Positions 21,602 through 32,191 of a DNA stretch of 64,000 nucleotides are shown here, in pieces. Below the pieces are notes generated by a model, which worked only from the letters and a program-made list of their open reading frames with translations, did not search any database and had not been told where the DNA came from. The translations under genes were made by a program, and so were the position numbers. Source of the DNA: Phyllosticta citribraziliensis (Eukaryota); NCBI RefSeq assembly GCF_038025025.1, contig NW_027117342.1, positions 1 through 64,000 on the forward strand, written 5' to 3'. Numbering within the stretch: the stretch's first letter is position 1; each line of letters opens with the position of its first letter.

Positions 21602-23681
21602 AGCATGTCTTCACTGGCTTGGAGGACAACGAGGAGCAGTTGACGATTTGCATGTACTGGACACAACCATTCTTAGCGACGGCTTCCAAGGCCGCATCAA
21701 CAACCTCAACGACGATGCATCTACGCAGCGCCAACTTCTCAACGGCCAATACCAGGATCTGAAGAGAGCATACCCAGGCAACGGGGACTTCAACAAGCAC
21801 GTCGAAAAGACAACGCTCGAAGTCATCGGGCTGTCGCGCCAGCACGCCGCCAACATTGCACGCTTGAAGCAGCGCTTGACCGTCGCCTGGAACGTGAGCT
21901 TGAAGGACCTTGAAGACGCTTTTGGGCAAACCACATCCAAGGACTTCTTCCACGCCGTCATCAAACTCAGCGCTCTCCACAACTTTGATGAGAGCTTGAC
22001 ACGTCTGCGCGAGAAGCGCACCTCATGGCAGGCCTCCAAGACGGCCGGTGGTGCCAGTCGCAAGCGTGTATGTGTTCCGCAAGACGCGCAAAACGCCTTG
22101 AAAAAGGCCAAGGCCGAAACCGAACCTGAAGCGCATCCGTCGCCCTCAATCAAAGGCGGGCGCGGCCAAAGTGCGGATCGTGAGGTTCCCGACGACTTCG
22201 GCGGCGACAACGACTTCAGCGACGACGACGACTACTTCGAAGACAACTACGGCGGCAGCGGAACCGATGATAATCTAGACGGCAACCTCGCCGAGTCATT
22301 GCTCGATGACCAAAACGAGCCAGATGTCCCCGTTCCGCCTCCCAAACGTCGCCGACGCGACTCGTCTGCCTCGTTTGTGCCCGGCGACTCCAGCGCCTTG
22401 TTGACACCAAAGATGGCACGGTACGAAGCAAATGTCGGGACAAAGATGGGTCTTTATCCGTCCAAAACAACGCAGCAGACGTTTCAATCAAAAACTGTCC
22501 TCTAAAGCTCGCCTCGTCGCGGAAACTCAGCCCCTCCGTCACCGACCCCCACACGGAACAAGGCCAAGGGCAAAGCTGCTGTACTTGAGACGTCAGAAGA
22601 TGGAGCAATGCCGATCAACGCCAAGGCTTGCGAGCAGTTGGTCAACGGCCAGATGCTCCACAGCTCCGTGGTTGACAGAGTCGTCGAACTGGCCGTCTCT
22701 ACGAGACCCGAGTGGCGGGCGATCAACTCGTCCTCCTTCACGAATCCAATTCCTCTCCGACACGTCATGCGCGCGAATGAGAAGGAAAATACACTCCTCG
22801 GGCCACTCCACCAGCATGGGCATTGGACGCTTGTCAGGTGCATCCGCGACGCTGATGACCAGGTTCGCAAGGAACACTGGGACTCGATTGCTGGTGGCAG
22901 GTCGAATGCGACCGTCGACAGCCTGCTTGACGTGTTCCTGGACAAACAGCCAAATTGGACGCAGAGCGAACAAGGCAGAAGATGACTGTCGGAGAGACTT
23001 TGTCCGTCCCAGCTCAACAGCGTCGACTGCGGCATCTTCGTGGCCGTTGTCTGTCTCTTTCTCTGTGCAGACCAATCCCTCCCATCGACACTCAACACGC
23101 GCCTGTGGCAGCGAGTGCTATTCTGTCTGCTCAAAGACGATGGCGACGTCGACGGCGATGAGCTCCAAGAAGAAGAGTCGGAGCCCGGTCGGCTGTCTAC
23201 GCTGTCGCCCACGGAAGTTTTGGCACTGGTACGCGATGTCGGCGAAAGGACCGTGGCCGCACAACTTCGCAAGGAGAAGCTCGACCGCGTCGCGCATGCC
23301 ATCCTCTACGTCGAAGATCTGCACGAGGTCAAGGATCTGGCTTAGGCGTTGGACGCGCGCGCATCTTGGGCGCTGGCAGCATGGCAAGGCCGACGTGACG
23401 ATTCGACCCAGGACGCGGCGCGCCAGGACGAGGCGCTGAAGAAGTTGGAGGCCTGCACTGGCAGGGATTCACAACTCGAGCACCAACTCCGCGCTCGCGT
23501 CAAGAGCACGCGTGAAGAGGCAAGCCTGGCAGGCCGACAGGTCGGCGCGGTCGGGGAGCTGCGACGGGGACTCGCGAGGGCGCGTGCGCTGGCCGTCCGC
23601 AGGCTCGACTCGGCTGGACGGCAGGTTGAGGAGCGGCAGCGGGAGCTTGCAGAAACGGAAAAGGTCATGCGTGTAGACTGA
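21510..23681 (+). pseudogene. Ulp1/peptidase C48 (SUMO protease-like) gene: helical N-domain, acidic linker, NLS, C-terminal coiled coil; three in-frame stops
   Basis: Track ORFs 21510..22505, 22608..22985, 23040..23345 and 23349..23681 share one frame, separated only by TAA 22503, TGA 22983 and TAG 23343. Motifs: LVNGQMLHSSVV..INSSSF..LGPLHQHGHWTLV..HWDSI..SQLNSVDCGIFV; PPPKRRRR NLS. Confidence 0.85.
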
Positions 23682-24726
23682 TGGCGCAGGATGAGGCAGT
23701 GTGGTGGTTGTAGTGCTGCTGGTGGTGGTGGGTATTAAGATGACGGACATGACATTCCGCTCGTGTTGAACCGGTTTTGAGTGCTGGAAGATGGGTAGAG
23801 GGTGAGAACGCTACACCGCGGGAGCATTCGGGCGACTCCCTCTTATTGCGCAGTGGAACAAGTCTCGGTGAGCGAGTGCTTCAAGGAATCAATCTTCTAC
23901 GACGACATTGTGGCTGACTTGGCGCGCAAAAGACCAAGAAAGTACGTCGCCCACCATCTACAGGCCGACAAGCAGTTAAAGCCGCACAACCTCAACGCCG
24001 CCACGAAGCCTACCCTCTATCCTAATCTAACAAGCTAGCCCATCCTTTATCATCTCAACGATCATGTCATGCGCAATCCGCAAAGTCCCATCTCTGACGC
24101 CGACCGCCCTCTAACCATCTTTTTTCAACCTTGTGCTCCCGCGAGTATTACTAGAATGGCAGATTCAAGGCTCTCTGTTGGCATCCTGCTAAAAAGAAGA
24201 TGGTAGATGATAGTGATCAGGTTAGGGCGTGGGTGGTCATTCTCCTAAACCAGCACAAGCTCGGAAAATTTCCACGCAAATGGAGCCAAGATGTAAAAGT
24301 CTTTGGTGCCGGAGCGCGTACTAGGCGCCACGGGGGCGCCTTGATTGTGCACTGTACATCTAAAGCAGATGCTGCACCAACTTGAGTCTGGAGGCCGGCT
24401 CATGGTGTGGACCAAGAAGATGGGGCCCGAGTTGTTAGAGCGCCGGACAGGACGGGATGAAGTGGCGAAGCGAATGAGGCCACCGCGGGGGGGGGTTGGG
24501 GCAACATGTAGCGAGGACTGACGTCGCAATGGATTCAGGAGTGCATACAGACGAGGCTGCGCTCGTTGCAACGGTTTGATTCGTTCGTTCTCGCCGCTGA
24601 GCGCCGCGGTCACCTCAACCACACGAGGACCTCGCGCCGCCGCTCAGGTCTTCCAGCTCGCCTTGCTCTGCTCAAAACCCCGGTCCTCGCCCTCAGGTCC
24701 TCCCGCCCTGCGTCACAGACGACGCA

Positions 24727-25254
24727 ATGCACCTTGACTCTCTACGTACAGCGACCGCCGCTGTCCTCAAGTCATCTACTGAAGCTGTCCAATGTCTCGA
24801 CAAATTTCTCAACAATCGCGACAAGCTCCACGCGGCTCGAACCAAGCTCGAGTTCATGCAGCAAGACAGCCGCCCGCTTGGAGAATTCGCCACTGAGTTT
24901 GTCAGCTTGACTCAGAGGGCCGGGTGGGACCCAGTCTCGGCCAAGAAGGCCCTGGTCAGCAAGTTGAAATTTGAGGACGCAGCGCTGATGATAGAGCTCA
25001 AGGAGCAAGGCCTACCCTACGCGGCGATGGCAGAGTAGGTCGGGTGTACAGATAAGATGGTCACTAGGCGCATCAAATACATCAAGGAGCGGCCTGCGGA
25101 GCGACAGTCGTACCAAACATGGACTCCTAAGGACTATGCCAACGAGAGGCTCGGCTTCAAGACGATTACGGAGTGCTTGGTAGGGAGGGCCATGGCGCAG
25201 GCTGTGATGCAGTACAAACACTTGTTGAGGATGCTACATGCAGTGTTGACGTGA
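24727..25254 (+). pseudogene. Isolated Ty3/Gypsy-type Gag capsid-like fragment
   Basis: FLNNRDKLHAARTKLEFMQQDSRPLGEFATEFVSLTQRAGWDPVSAKKALVSKL fits the retrotransposon gag pattern (A..L..L.Q....EF..L....GW). In-frame TAG at 25036; no pol or LTR is visible. Confidence 0.6.
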
Positions 25255-25360
25255 CCCCAAGCAAGTAAGGTAGCCAAGTAAAGCCGGCGGCGGCAAGAAA
25301 CCCTCTCCCGGTGGGCGTCGGAAGTTATGCGCAAAATGCCGCTGCGCGCGCCAAAGAGAA

Positions 25361-25543
25361 TACCCGCTGGCGGGAATCATAGTCGCCAGCGGGAAAGCCA
25401 AACTCGCCGGCGGGAAAGCCAAACTCGCTGGCGGAAATCATACTCGCCAGCGGGAATGGCCATTCTCGCCGGCGGGAAAGCCAAACTCGCTGGCGGGAAT
25501 CATACTCGCCAGCGGTAATGGCCAAACTCGCCAGCGGGAATGG
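25361..25543. repeat. Palindromic tandem array 3: about nine 20-22-bp units (A/T)ACTCGC(C/T)(A/G)GCGGGAA(T/A), lacking CACGTG
   Basis: Same core as arrays 1 and 2; preceded by a ~70-bp block (25300-25368) homologous to 20448-20516; TATA-like TATAAA at ~25635 downstream. Confidence 0.92.
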
Positions 25544-25717
25544 AGCCTGCGCCGGCGGCAAGGGCGGTCGCTAGGGCAGTGCCTGGGCAATAGGCGAGCG
25601 CGGCAGAATCACGGGCCGGGCAGAACCCACACAGTATAAAGAGGCCCCCGCCGCCCGCCGGCGGCCTTTTCTCCTCCATTCCACTCCACTCCACTCCACT
25701 TCACCCTCCCAAATCCG

Positions 25718-26236
25718 ATGTGGCCTCGGCACCCAATGTGCACGCCGACTTCTCTCGTCCGCGCCCTCCTGTCCCCAACCAGCGGAACCCGCTCATCCTC
25801 CCAGAGCACACTCCCGCCCGTACGTTGGTCTCCTGCACGCGTCGCGCGTCGCACCCTGAGCTAACTCTCCACTCATAGTCGACATTCTCGTCGAGCGACG
25901 ACGCCTCGGCCAAACAAACCTTCAAGTCAAGTCGGGCCAGGTCGCCGGCCCTTCCAAGCAGCCAGAAGTGACGGATCTGTTCGACTACGCCCATCTGCGC
26001 GTGCCGTTGCCCAAGGACCTCAACGGTTCCGGCATCTTCAGCCTTTCGTCGTACATTTTGATGGTAAGCTCGCAAATCCACCACCGTCGCGCCTTGGTGC
26101 TAATCCTCTCAACAGCGCCGCAGCAGCGATGGCTTCATCAGCGCTACCGGAATGTTCAACGTCGGGGGCCCCGCCTTTCCTTGGGCCTCGCAGGACGACG
26201 AGGAGCAGGAGCGCATTTACCACAAACACCCTGATG
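25718..26236 (+). pseudogene. 5' part of a Bqt4-like APSES/KilA-N domain gene (truncated, probable frameshift near 25768)
   Basis: With introns 25820-25878 and 26064-26115 it reads RNPLILPEHTPALDILVERRRLGQTNLQVKSGQV..LFDYAHLRVPLPKDLNGSGIF..SYILMRRSSDGFISATGMF..AFPWASQDDEEQERIYHK, which I recognise as the Pezizomycotina Bqt4-like APSES N-terminus. Similarity stops mid-domain. Confidence 0.8.
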
Positions 26237-28872
26237 AGCGCCGGCGATCGTGGATGTGTACTTTCTCGCGTCCGAGGTTTCAAGGCTGTGGCTGGATCAG
26301 AAGGATTCGGGGGCCAACAAATTCAAGATACAAATGCACTCTTCTCCTTCTTGACCCAATTTTGCGATCCAATGTGAGCGTGACTTGACTCATCCCCATG
26401 CATACCCATAATTGTTTTCTTTGTCTTCTTCTTCCCAGATGCACCGGCCAAATTTCTACGTGCAAAAGCGATGACCTGACGAAGAAGATGATGCAATGCA
26501 GCCCCGCACCCTCGACAAACCCCATCATTTTCGCCATTTTCCTCCGTCACCAACCATGGTCTACGGCCACGCCACCACACGCCCACCAGCGTCATGTACA
26601 CCGATTTGCCGCGTCCACCGTCATCACCGCCTTCATGGTCCACATCAACCAGTCTACAGCCAGCCCCGTCCTTGTTTCCGGTTCTCGCGGGCGCAGTCCT
26701 GTCTCGCCGAAACCCAAAGTCGACGACGACGCAGCGCTCGAGGAAACCCGACGCCAATGCAATACCATGGAGGGGATGCTTGTCAAGCAGGCTCTGGGAT
26801 CCAAATGACCTTGGTTCCGCCCACAACTCGACACCATGCATGCATGCAGGCGGATCAGCAAATCCGGGCTCAACGCGCAAAACACGGACATTTCAACAAC
26901 GGAGCTTGGCCTTTCAAAGGCGTGTGTGCATCAAGTCGGCGACCGGCAGTGTCCAATCCATGTCAACTTTTGAAGACATTTCCCAGGCTCCCTCCCTGTC
27001 AAGCACCGGGCGCCTTTCCGCTGCGCTCTCGTCAAATAAACGCGTGGACCGAAAACCACACCTGCGCGTGCCTCCTTTGCTGCCTCTGTGTACCCGGCGA
27101 TGCGAGTCTAAACTCGTACTGATGCTCGACGTGAGAGACAAGGGAGGTTGAGCTGGGGGCCACGCGTCCTGCTAACGGAATGGTTGAGCCACCACACAGG
27201 AGTCACTGCCGACGCTGGAAACGGACAATGTCGACATTGAGCCGGATGATGACGATGACATATTTATGCCGCGGCCGGCGGGCAAAGAAAAAGACGACGT
27301 CGACTGCCTGAGGGCTGGCTCAGAATCCCGCCGGCGGGATTCTCGACGTCTGTGATTACTGGCAGCGGCAAGCTACCTAGCCTTCCGCGAGAGGGCGTCT
27401 CTACACAACTATCCTCTCTCTCTGCATTTTGGCTCCTCATTCGCCAGCTTATCAGTCGCCAGCCAGGTGTCTCGTCAGAGAAGTACGCCCCACCCCGGCG
27501 TTTTCATGCATGGCCGCCGCTGTGGTCGTGCTGAGTCTGGCTGCCGTCGCATCGTTTCTTCTTTGGTCTGTAACTGTTCACACCGGCGACGCCCAAAGAA
27601 AAAGGAATGCTCTTTCCCGTGGCCAGACTTTTGCACAGCCCAAAGCCTGCTTAGACTCTTAGTCTCGCGCGTCGATTGCCTCCGTCGTGCCCGTTTTTAT
27701 GACACAGCTCATATCTCGGCTGCATCTTCACGCTCTATCTTCCTTTCCAGTCACTGGCCCTTCTTCCCCTTCTGTTGTCCATATCGGGCACATCGTCCGT
27801 GCCGCACCATCTCCCCCCTAATATGTACCTCGCCTTGGTTATTGACGCTTCGTGTCAATTAGTATTACCGGGTCGTCAATCACCCCTTGGTATCCCTCCT
27901 TTCGCGGTACCTTCCATCTCGAGCGCTACTCGGGTCCTCAATTCGCTCGTAAAAAGTAATTCCCGCGCCGGATTTGTGCTCCCAACGAGGGTTTCCCGCT
28001 TTGATGACCTACGCACGTCACGGCGGCTTGGACTTTAACAATGGCCCACCGCCGCATCGCCTATCCTGCTCCTCTGAGATGCGCAAACCACACGCAGACT
28101 GAGGATGAGGGGCAGATGGCCTGGTAAGTAAGCGATCCGCCGAAGTCGTTCTAGTGGGTTGCTGCAGTGGGCTGAGGACCGGTTGACGGCAAATTTAGCC
28201 AGGTAATGTCGTCGCAGATGCCCTTCCCGCCGGCGGGAACGCCCCTGACTACTACTGCTGCTGCTGCTACATACGGTCGAGGCCAACACGGTCCTCGCGC
28301 TCCCCTTGCTCGTCGTCAGCGGCAGCGACATCTTGTTTCCGCATGGTTACCATGGCGCGCTCGTCTTCCGGAAGACAATCAGTCTGTTAGTCCTGTCCAG
28401 GTACTTGGCTTGTCTTGGCCTAAGCCACCAACAGCAGTGTAATGGAAGTCATCGTGTGGCTATTCTTGTGCCGGTAAGTTAAGCCGTCCTCTCCCCCGTC
28501 CCCCTCGTGTTTCGTGCGCGTGGCACCGGCTAGACTAGGAAGGCGCGAAGCATGGCGGGATAAGGCTAGCCCACAAAGCCACGTGAGCAGCACGACGAGA
28601 AGTCAAAAGAGGAGGAAGAACATGCATAGCCTTCGTCGCGCAAGTAGAATGAACGATAAAAGCTAGAGCACATTGGTAGGAACATTCCCAAAAGAAACGT
28701 TTCCTTTGCTTGGGTTTTCTCGAGATTCAGACTGATTTGTGTTGAGAAAAGGCAGTGAGTGTCGGCTGCCATGTTCTACCTGTTGTTGGTCTGGCAACAA
28801 AGGTTGTAGAGAAGTAGCAGTTTGGAGGACTCCCGTGTTGTCTCTCTTTCGACTGATGGATTGATCTCTCGA

Positions 28873-28892
28873 CCAACCAACCGACCAACCAA

Positions 28893-28932
<40 letters not shown>

Positions 28933-29006
28933 TCAGTCAGTCAGTCAGTCAGTCAGTCAGTCAGCCAGCCAGCCAGCCAGCCAGCAAGCCAGCAAGCCAG
29001 CAAGCC

Positions 29007-29039
<33 letters not shown>

Positions 29040-29052
29040 ACAAGCAAGCAGT
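28873..29052. repeat. Compound tetranucleotide microsatellite (CCAA)-(CCAG)-(TCAG)-(CCAG)-(GCAA)
   Basis: Read directly; lies ~90 bp upstream of the ATG at 29142. Confidence 0.92.
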
Positions 29053-29141
29053 AAGCCATCCCGCCACCATCCCGCCATCTCGCCATCCCACCATCCCGCT
29101 AGCCGATCGGCCGGTAGTTAACCAGTAGCCAGTAGAACACA

Positions 29142-29943
29142 ATGCCGTTCCCACCCTGCCCTCCCCCCGAGACGCCGCGCCGCCAGCCCTCCCCGTCGTC
29201 TCCGCCGCTCGGCCTCTTCTCCCGCGGTCCGATGCGGCGCGGCAAGGCCGCAACCCTCCGCAACGCCGCCGCCGCCGCCGCCGACGCCCCGCCGCCCAAA
29301 TTCGTCCTCCCTCCTCTCCCTCTCCCTCCCCCTTCTTCTTCTTCTTTTTCTCCTTCTGCGGCCGCCGCTCCCCCTGCCGCTGCCGTCGCCGCCGTCGCCG
29401 TCACGCCGCTGGGCCGGCGGGCCCCAGAAACACCCTCTCGCGGTTTGTCTTCTCCCGCCTGATAGACAGTAAGATGGAGTAGAGTATCTGTACTAACCGC
29501 TTGCTCGTAATGTACATGTAGCCCCTGCCCCCATCATTCCTTGCACGCCACCATCTGGGATTCGTGGTGCGCCGCGCCGTCGCCACCAGCGTCCCGCCCG
29601 CTCCCTGTTGTTTGTGGAGGAGGAGGAGGAGGAGAACGAGGGAGGAGAAGGGGAGGTGGCGCGTGGTGGTCGTCGTGGTGGTGGTGGAGCGGCGGAGGAC
29701 GACGATGACGACGATGAGGACGACGAAGAGGACTTGTCCGCGCGCACGCGCGCCACCGTGGCGGCGGCGCTAGAAAGCGCCAGGAGGAGCGGTGCGCCTG
29801 CGCCACGGACGCCGAGGGCAAGGCCGGTGGTGGAGGAGGTGGTGGAGGAGGAGAGAGAGTGGGAGAGGGACGGCCTGAGCGAGAGGGCCGGCGCGAGCAT
29901 GCGGGCGGTGATGGAGGCGGCGAGCCGGCGCCGCCGACGTTAG
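29142..29943 (+). CDS. Two-exon low-complexity/disordered protein (~240 aa; Pro/Ala-rich, then Glu/Asp-rich, Arg-rich end)
   Basis: Exon 29142-29442, intron 29443-29521 (GTTTGT, perfect TACTAAC branch at 29491, TAG), exon 29522-29943. Splicing joins track ORFs 29142.. and 29608.. in frame. Confidence 0.7.
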
Positions 29944-31464
29944 GTTAGGATGTTGTGTTTGTGTGTGTGGATAGTGTGTTTTTGTTGTTTTGTCGTTTTT
30001 CTTTTCATTTGTTTTTGGTCGTCGTCGTTGTTTTTTGCTTTTGTTTTTTTTTGTCCTCGTCGTTTTTTCTGTTTTCTGTTTTCTGTTTTTCTTTCTTTTT
30101 CTTTTTTTTTCCCTCCCTTCAGTAAAAAAAAATGATACAAGCATGACAAGCCGAACTCAAAGACATGATGTGAAGTTGCTACTACTACCAGAAGCAGACG
30201 CATATGTTCCACAACGTAACCTGCTCTCTGGGGCAAAAGCCACAACAAAGTCTTGGTCTGCTGGACCACGACACCTTCAACTCGCTCGAGTCCTCCCCTC
30301 CACGAGGGTCAAGGTGGCTTCGAATTACCTTAGAGAAGCCCAGCGACTCGTACTCGCAGCAGCGTTCCGAAATGAAAGATACAGGCGCACTGGCACTGTT
30401 ACTGCATGCATGCTCGCGCGACCTTGGACAAAGGAAATTCGACCGAGAGGTGAGATGGCCCCCTGATCGATGACGATCCGACCTAGTGGCCATGAATTAT
30501 TGCCAGACAATGGACTCAAAAAATGTCTTGACAGGCAAGGCGACTGTACCGCAACGTTGACGGAGCTAATAACGAACGAAGGACTGCCTGCCCTTCCGCG
30601 CCTATCCACCACGGTGATGACGTCTCTATTGCGCCTTGGGAGAATTTGTGGTGCCTGGAGAATTGAGACGTATGATGGTCTTGGAGTTCCGCCGCCGCGC
30701 AGAACGTCGGGTGTCAAAAAAAGCGCTGTTCCGTAGATGCAGGGAGACGGGTCCGCTACAAACGCGGGGTTGCCATATTGCCAGGAAGTGTAGCCAGACT
30801 GTTTCCACATCCCTGTGTGCCGTCGATCCGGTACCCAGCAGATCCACGGCGCGATAACGGAGCGCTGGTTACACCAGAGAGGCACCCCGAGTGCAGCTTT
30901 CCGGGCCGAGGTTGATTGTGTACGAGAGAGCGTTGCTGCAAGAAAAGGACGTGGCGGACAAATGGCCAACGCAATCCCTCATGACGCTCGCCAGCCAATG
31001 GAACATGTTGTCATGTTTCGCTCATTTTTGTACGTAGGGCGAACCTCTGCGGCGTGGCGGTTGACTTGTCTATCCGGCCACGCAAACGAGCCGCCACTCC
31101 TCGTCGCCATCACCGTCGTATGACATGGCGGATAGCAGCCAGCCAACAGGTACCTGGTAGGTGGGTGGGTGTTTCGCCGACTGCAAAGGGAGATCCAAAC
31201 CAAGACAAACCAAACGACGGCGAATTTGGCCGGGTGTGCGTATTTGGGTCGATCCATGTCTTCCGTTTGCTGGCCATCATCGATTGCATGAGGTACCCTC
31301 TCTCTCTCCCCCCCTTCTTTCTCACCCTATCCCAGACCATGTGTCGGCCAGGCCGCGTGGAGTAAAAAGGCGCCCTCTCTTGAGCTGATGGCCATCCACT
31401 CCCTCAATCTTTCCTCTGCATCTTCCCCCCATTACTCGACCAACAATCCTTCAATCGACCAATC

Positions 31465-31839
31465 ATGCCTGCCCGTTACGAGCCCGGCGGGTATGCCGAG
31501 AGAGTCAACGGCATGAGGAACCCAGCAGACTCTCGCCGCACTTTCGACAACGGTCAGTGGACATCAGAACCCATCCAGCCAGCCACCCGTTTTCCCTGCT
31601 TACTCTCTTTCGCAGCCAATACGCACCCTACCGCGGGGATGCGTGGTGACCAGGGTGCCGTCGCCACGGAGAATGAAGAGATTCGCGAGGTCTTGCTTGC
31701 AATCATGGATACCTTTCTCGAACGCTTGGACTACTTGCGCCGCATAATTGTCCGCGGCGACATGGGCATGGAAGGTCTTTTCATCACCATTTCCGGCGGC
31801 TTGAAAGTCATCCGCAACATTATCGAATTGCGCTATTGA
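31465..31839 (+). CDS. Small hypothetical protein (~103 aa if the 63-bp intron 31553-31615 is spliced)
   Basis: ATG in CAATCATG context, GTCAGT..CGCAG intron, amphipathic C-terminal helix (EEIREVLLAIMDTFLERLDYLRRII). Confidence 0.5.
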   Translation: MPARYEPGGYAERVNGMRNPADSRRTFDNGQWTSEPIQPATRFPCLLSFAANTHPTAGMRGDQGAVATENEEIREVLLAIMDTFLERLDYLRRIIVRGDMGMEGLFITISGGLKVIRNIIELRY

Positions 31840-32191
31840 TGCGCAAGCGAGGGAGGGATACCGCGAAGCGTCGCGCCGGCCGGTGCAGGATGTTTTAGTC
31901 GTTCTCGAAGGACCGAGGTGGAGGGATTGGGATTGCTGAGGGTCGGTTGGTGGATGGCGAAATAATGAGAGGGGAGAAAGAGGATGGTGATGGCCATGGA
32001 GGCGAGAGCGGGCAACCCCATTCTATCCATGTAGTTGGTCGTTCCCACACAATCAACATCAAGTCCCTCAATTTCCAGCCCATTATGTCTCGACCAGGCC
32101 ATGGCTCACTACCTCAGAGTCTACCCATTCGCATCACATCTTGTCAGACATCCGCCAACCAGGAGACTGCAGGGCCGTGAGCATGGCGAAG

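Noticed and set aside
21289..21762. Functional SEN1 gene
   Set aside because: Only ~50 codons around motif VI are present, with the conserved Arg changed to Cys; the rest of the helicase is absent.
21510..23681. Stops rescued by A-to-I editing, readthrough or an alternative genetic code
   Set aside because: Three different stop types occur, all explicable by single transitions, and neighbours are also decayed. Only TGA 22983 plausibly corresponds to Trp. Not excluded without RNA data, but pseudogenisation is simpler.
2320..32191. Starship, Helitron or Mutator element as the carrier of the island
   Set aside because: No tyrosine-recombinase captain, Rep/helicase, DDE transposase, TIRs or TSDs could be recognised in the window.
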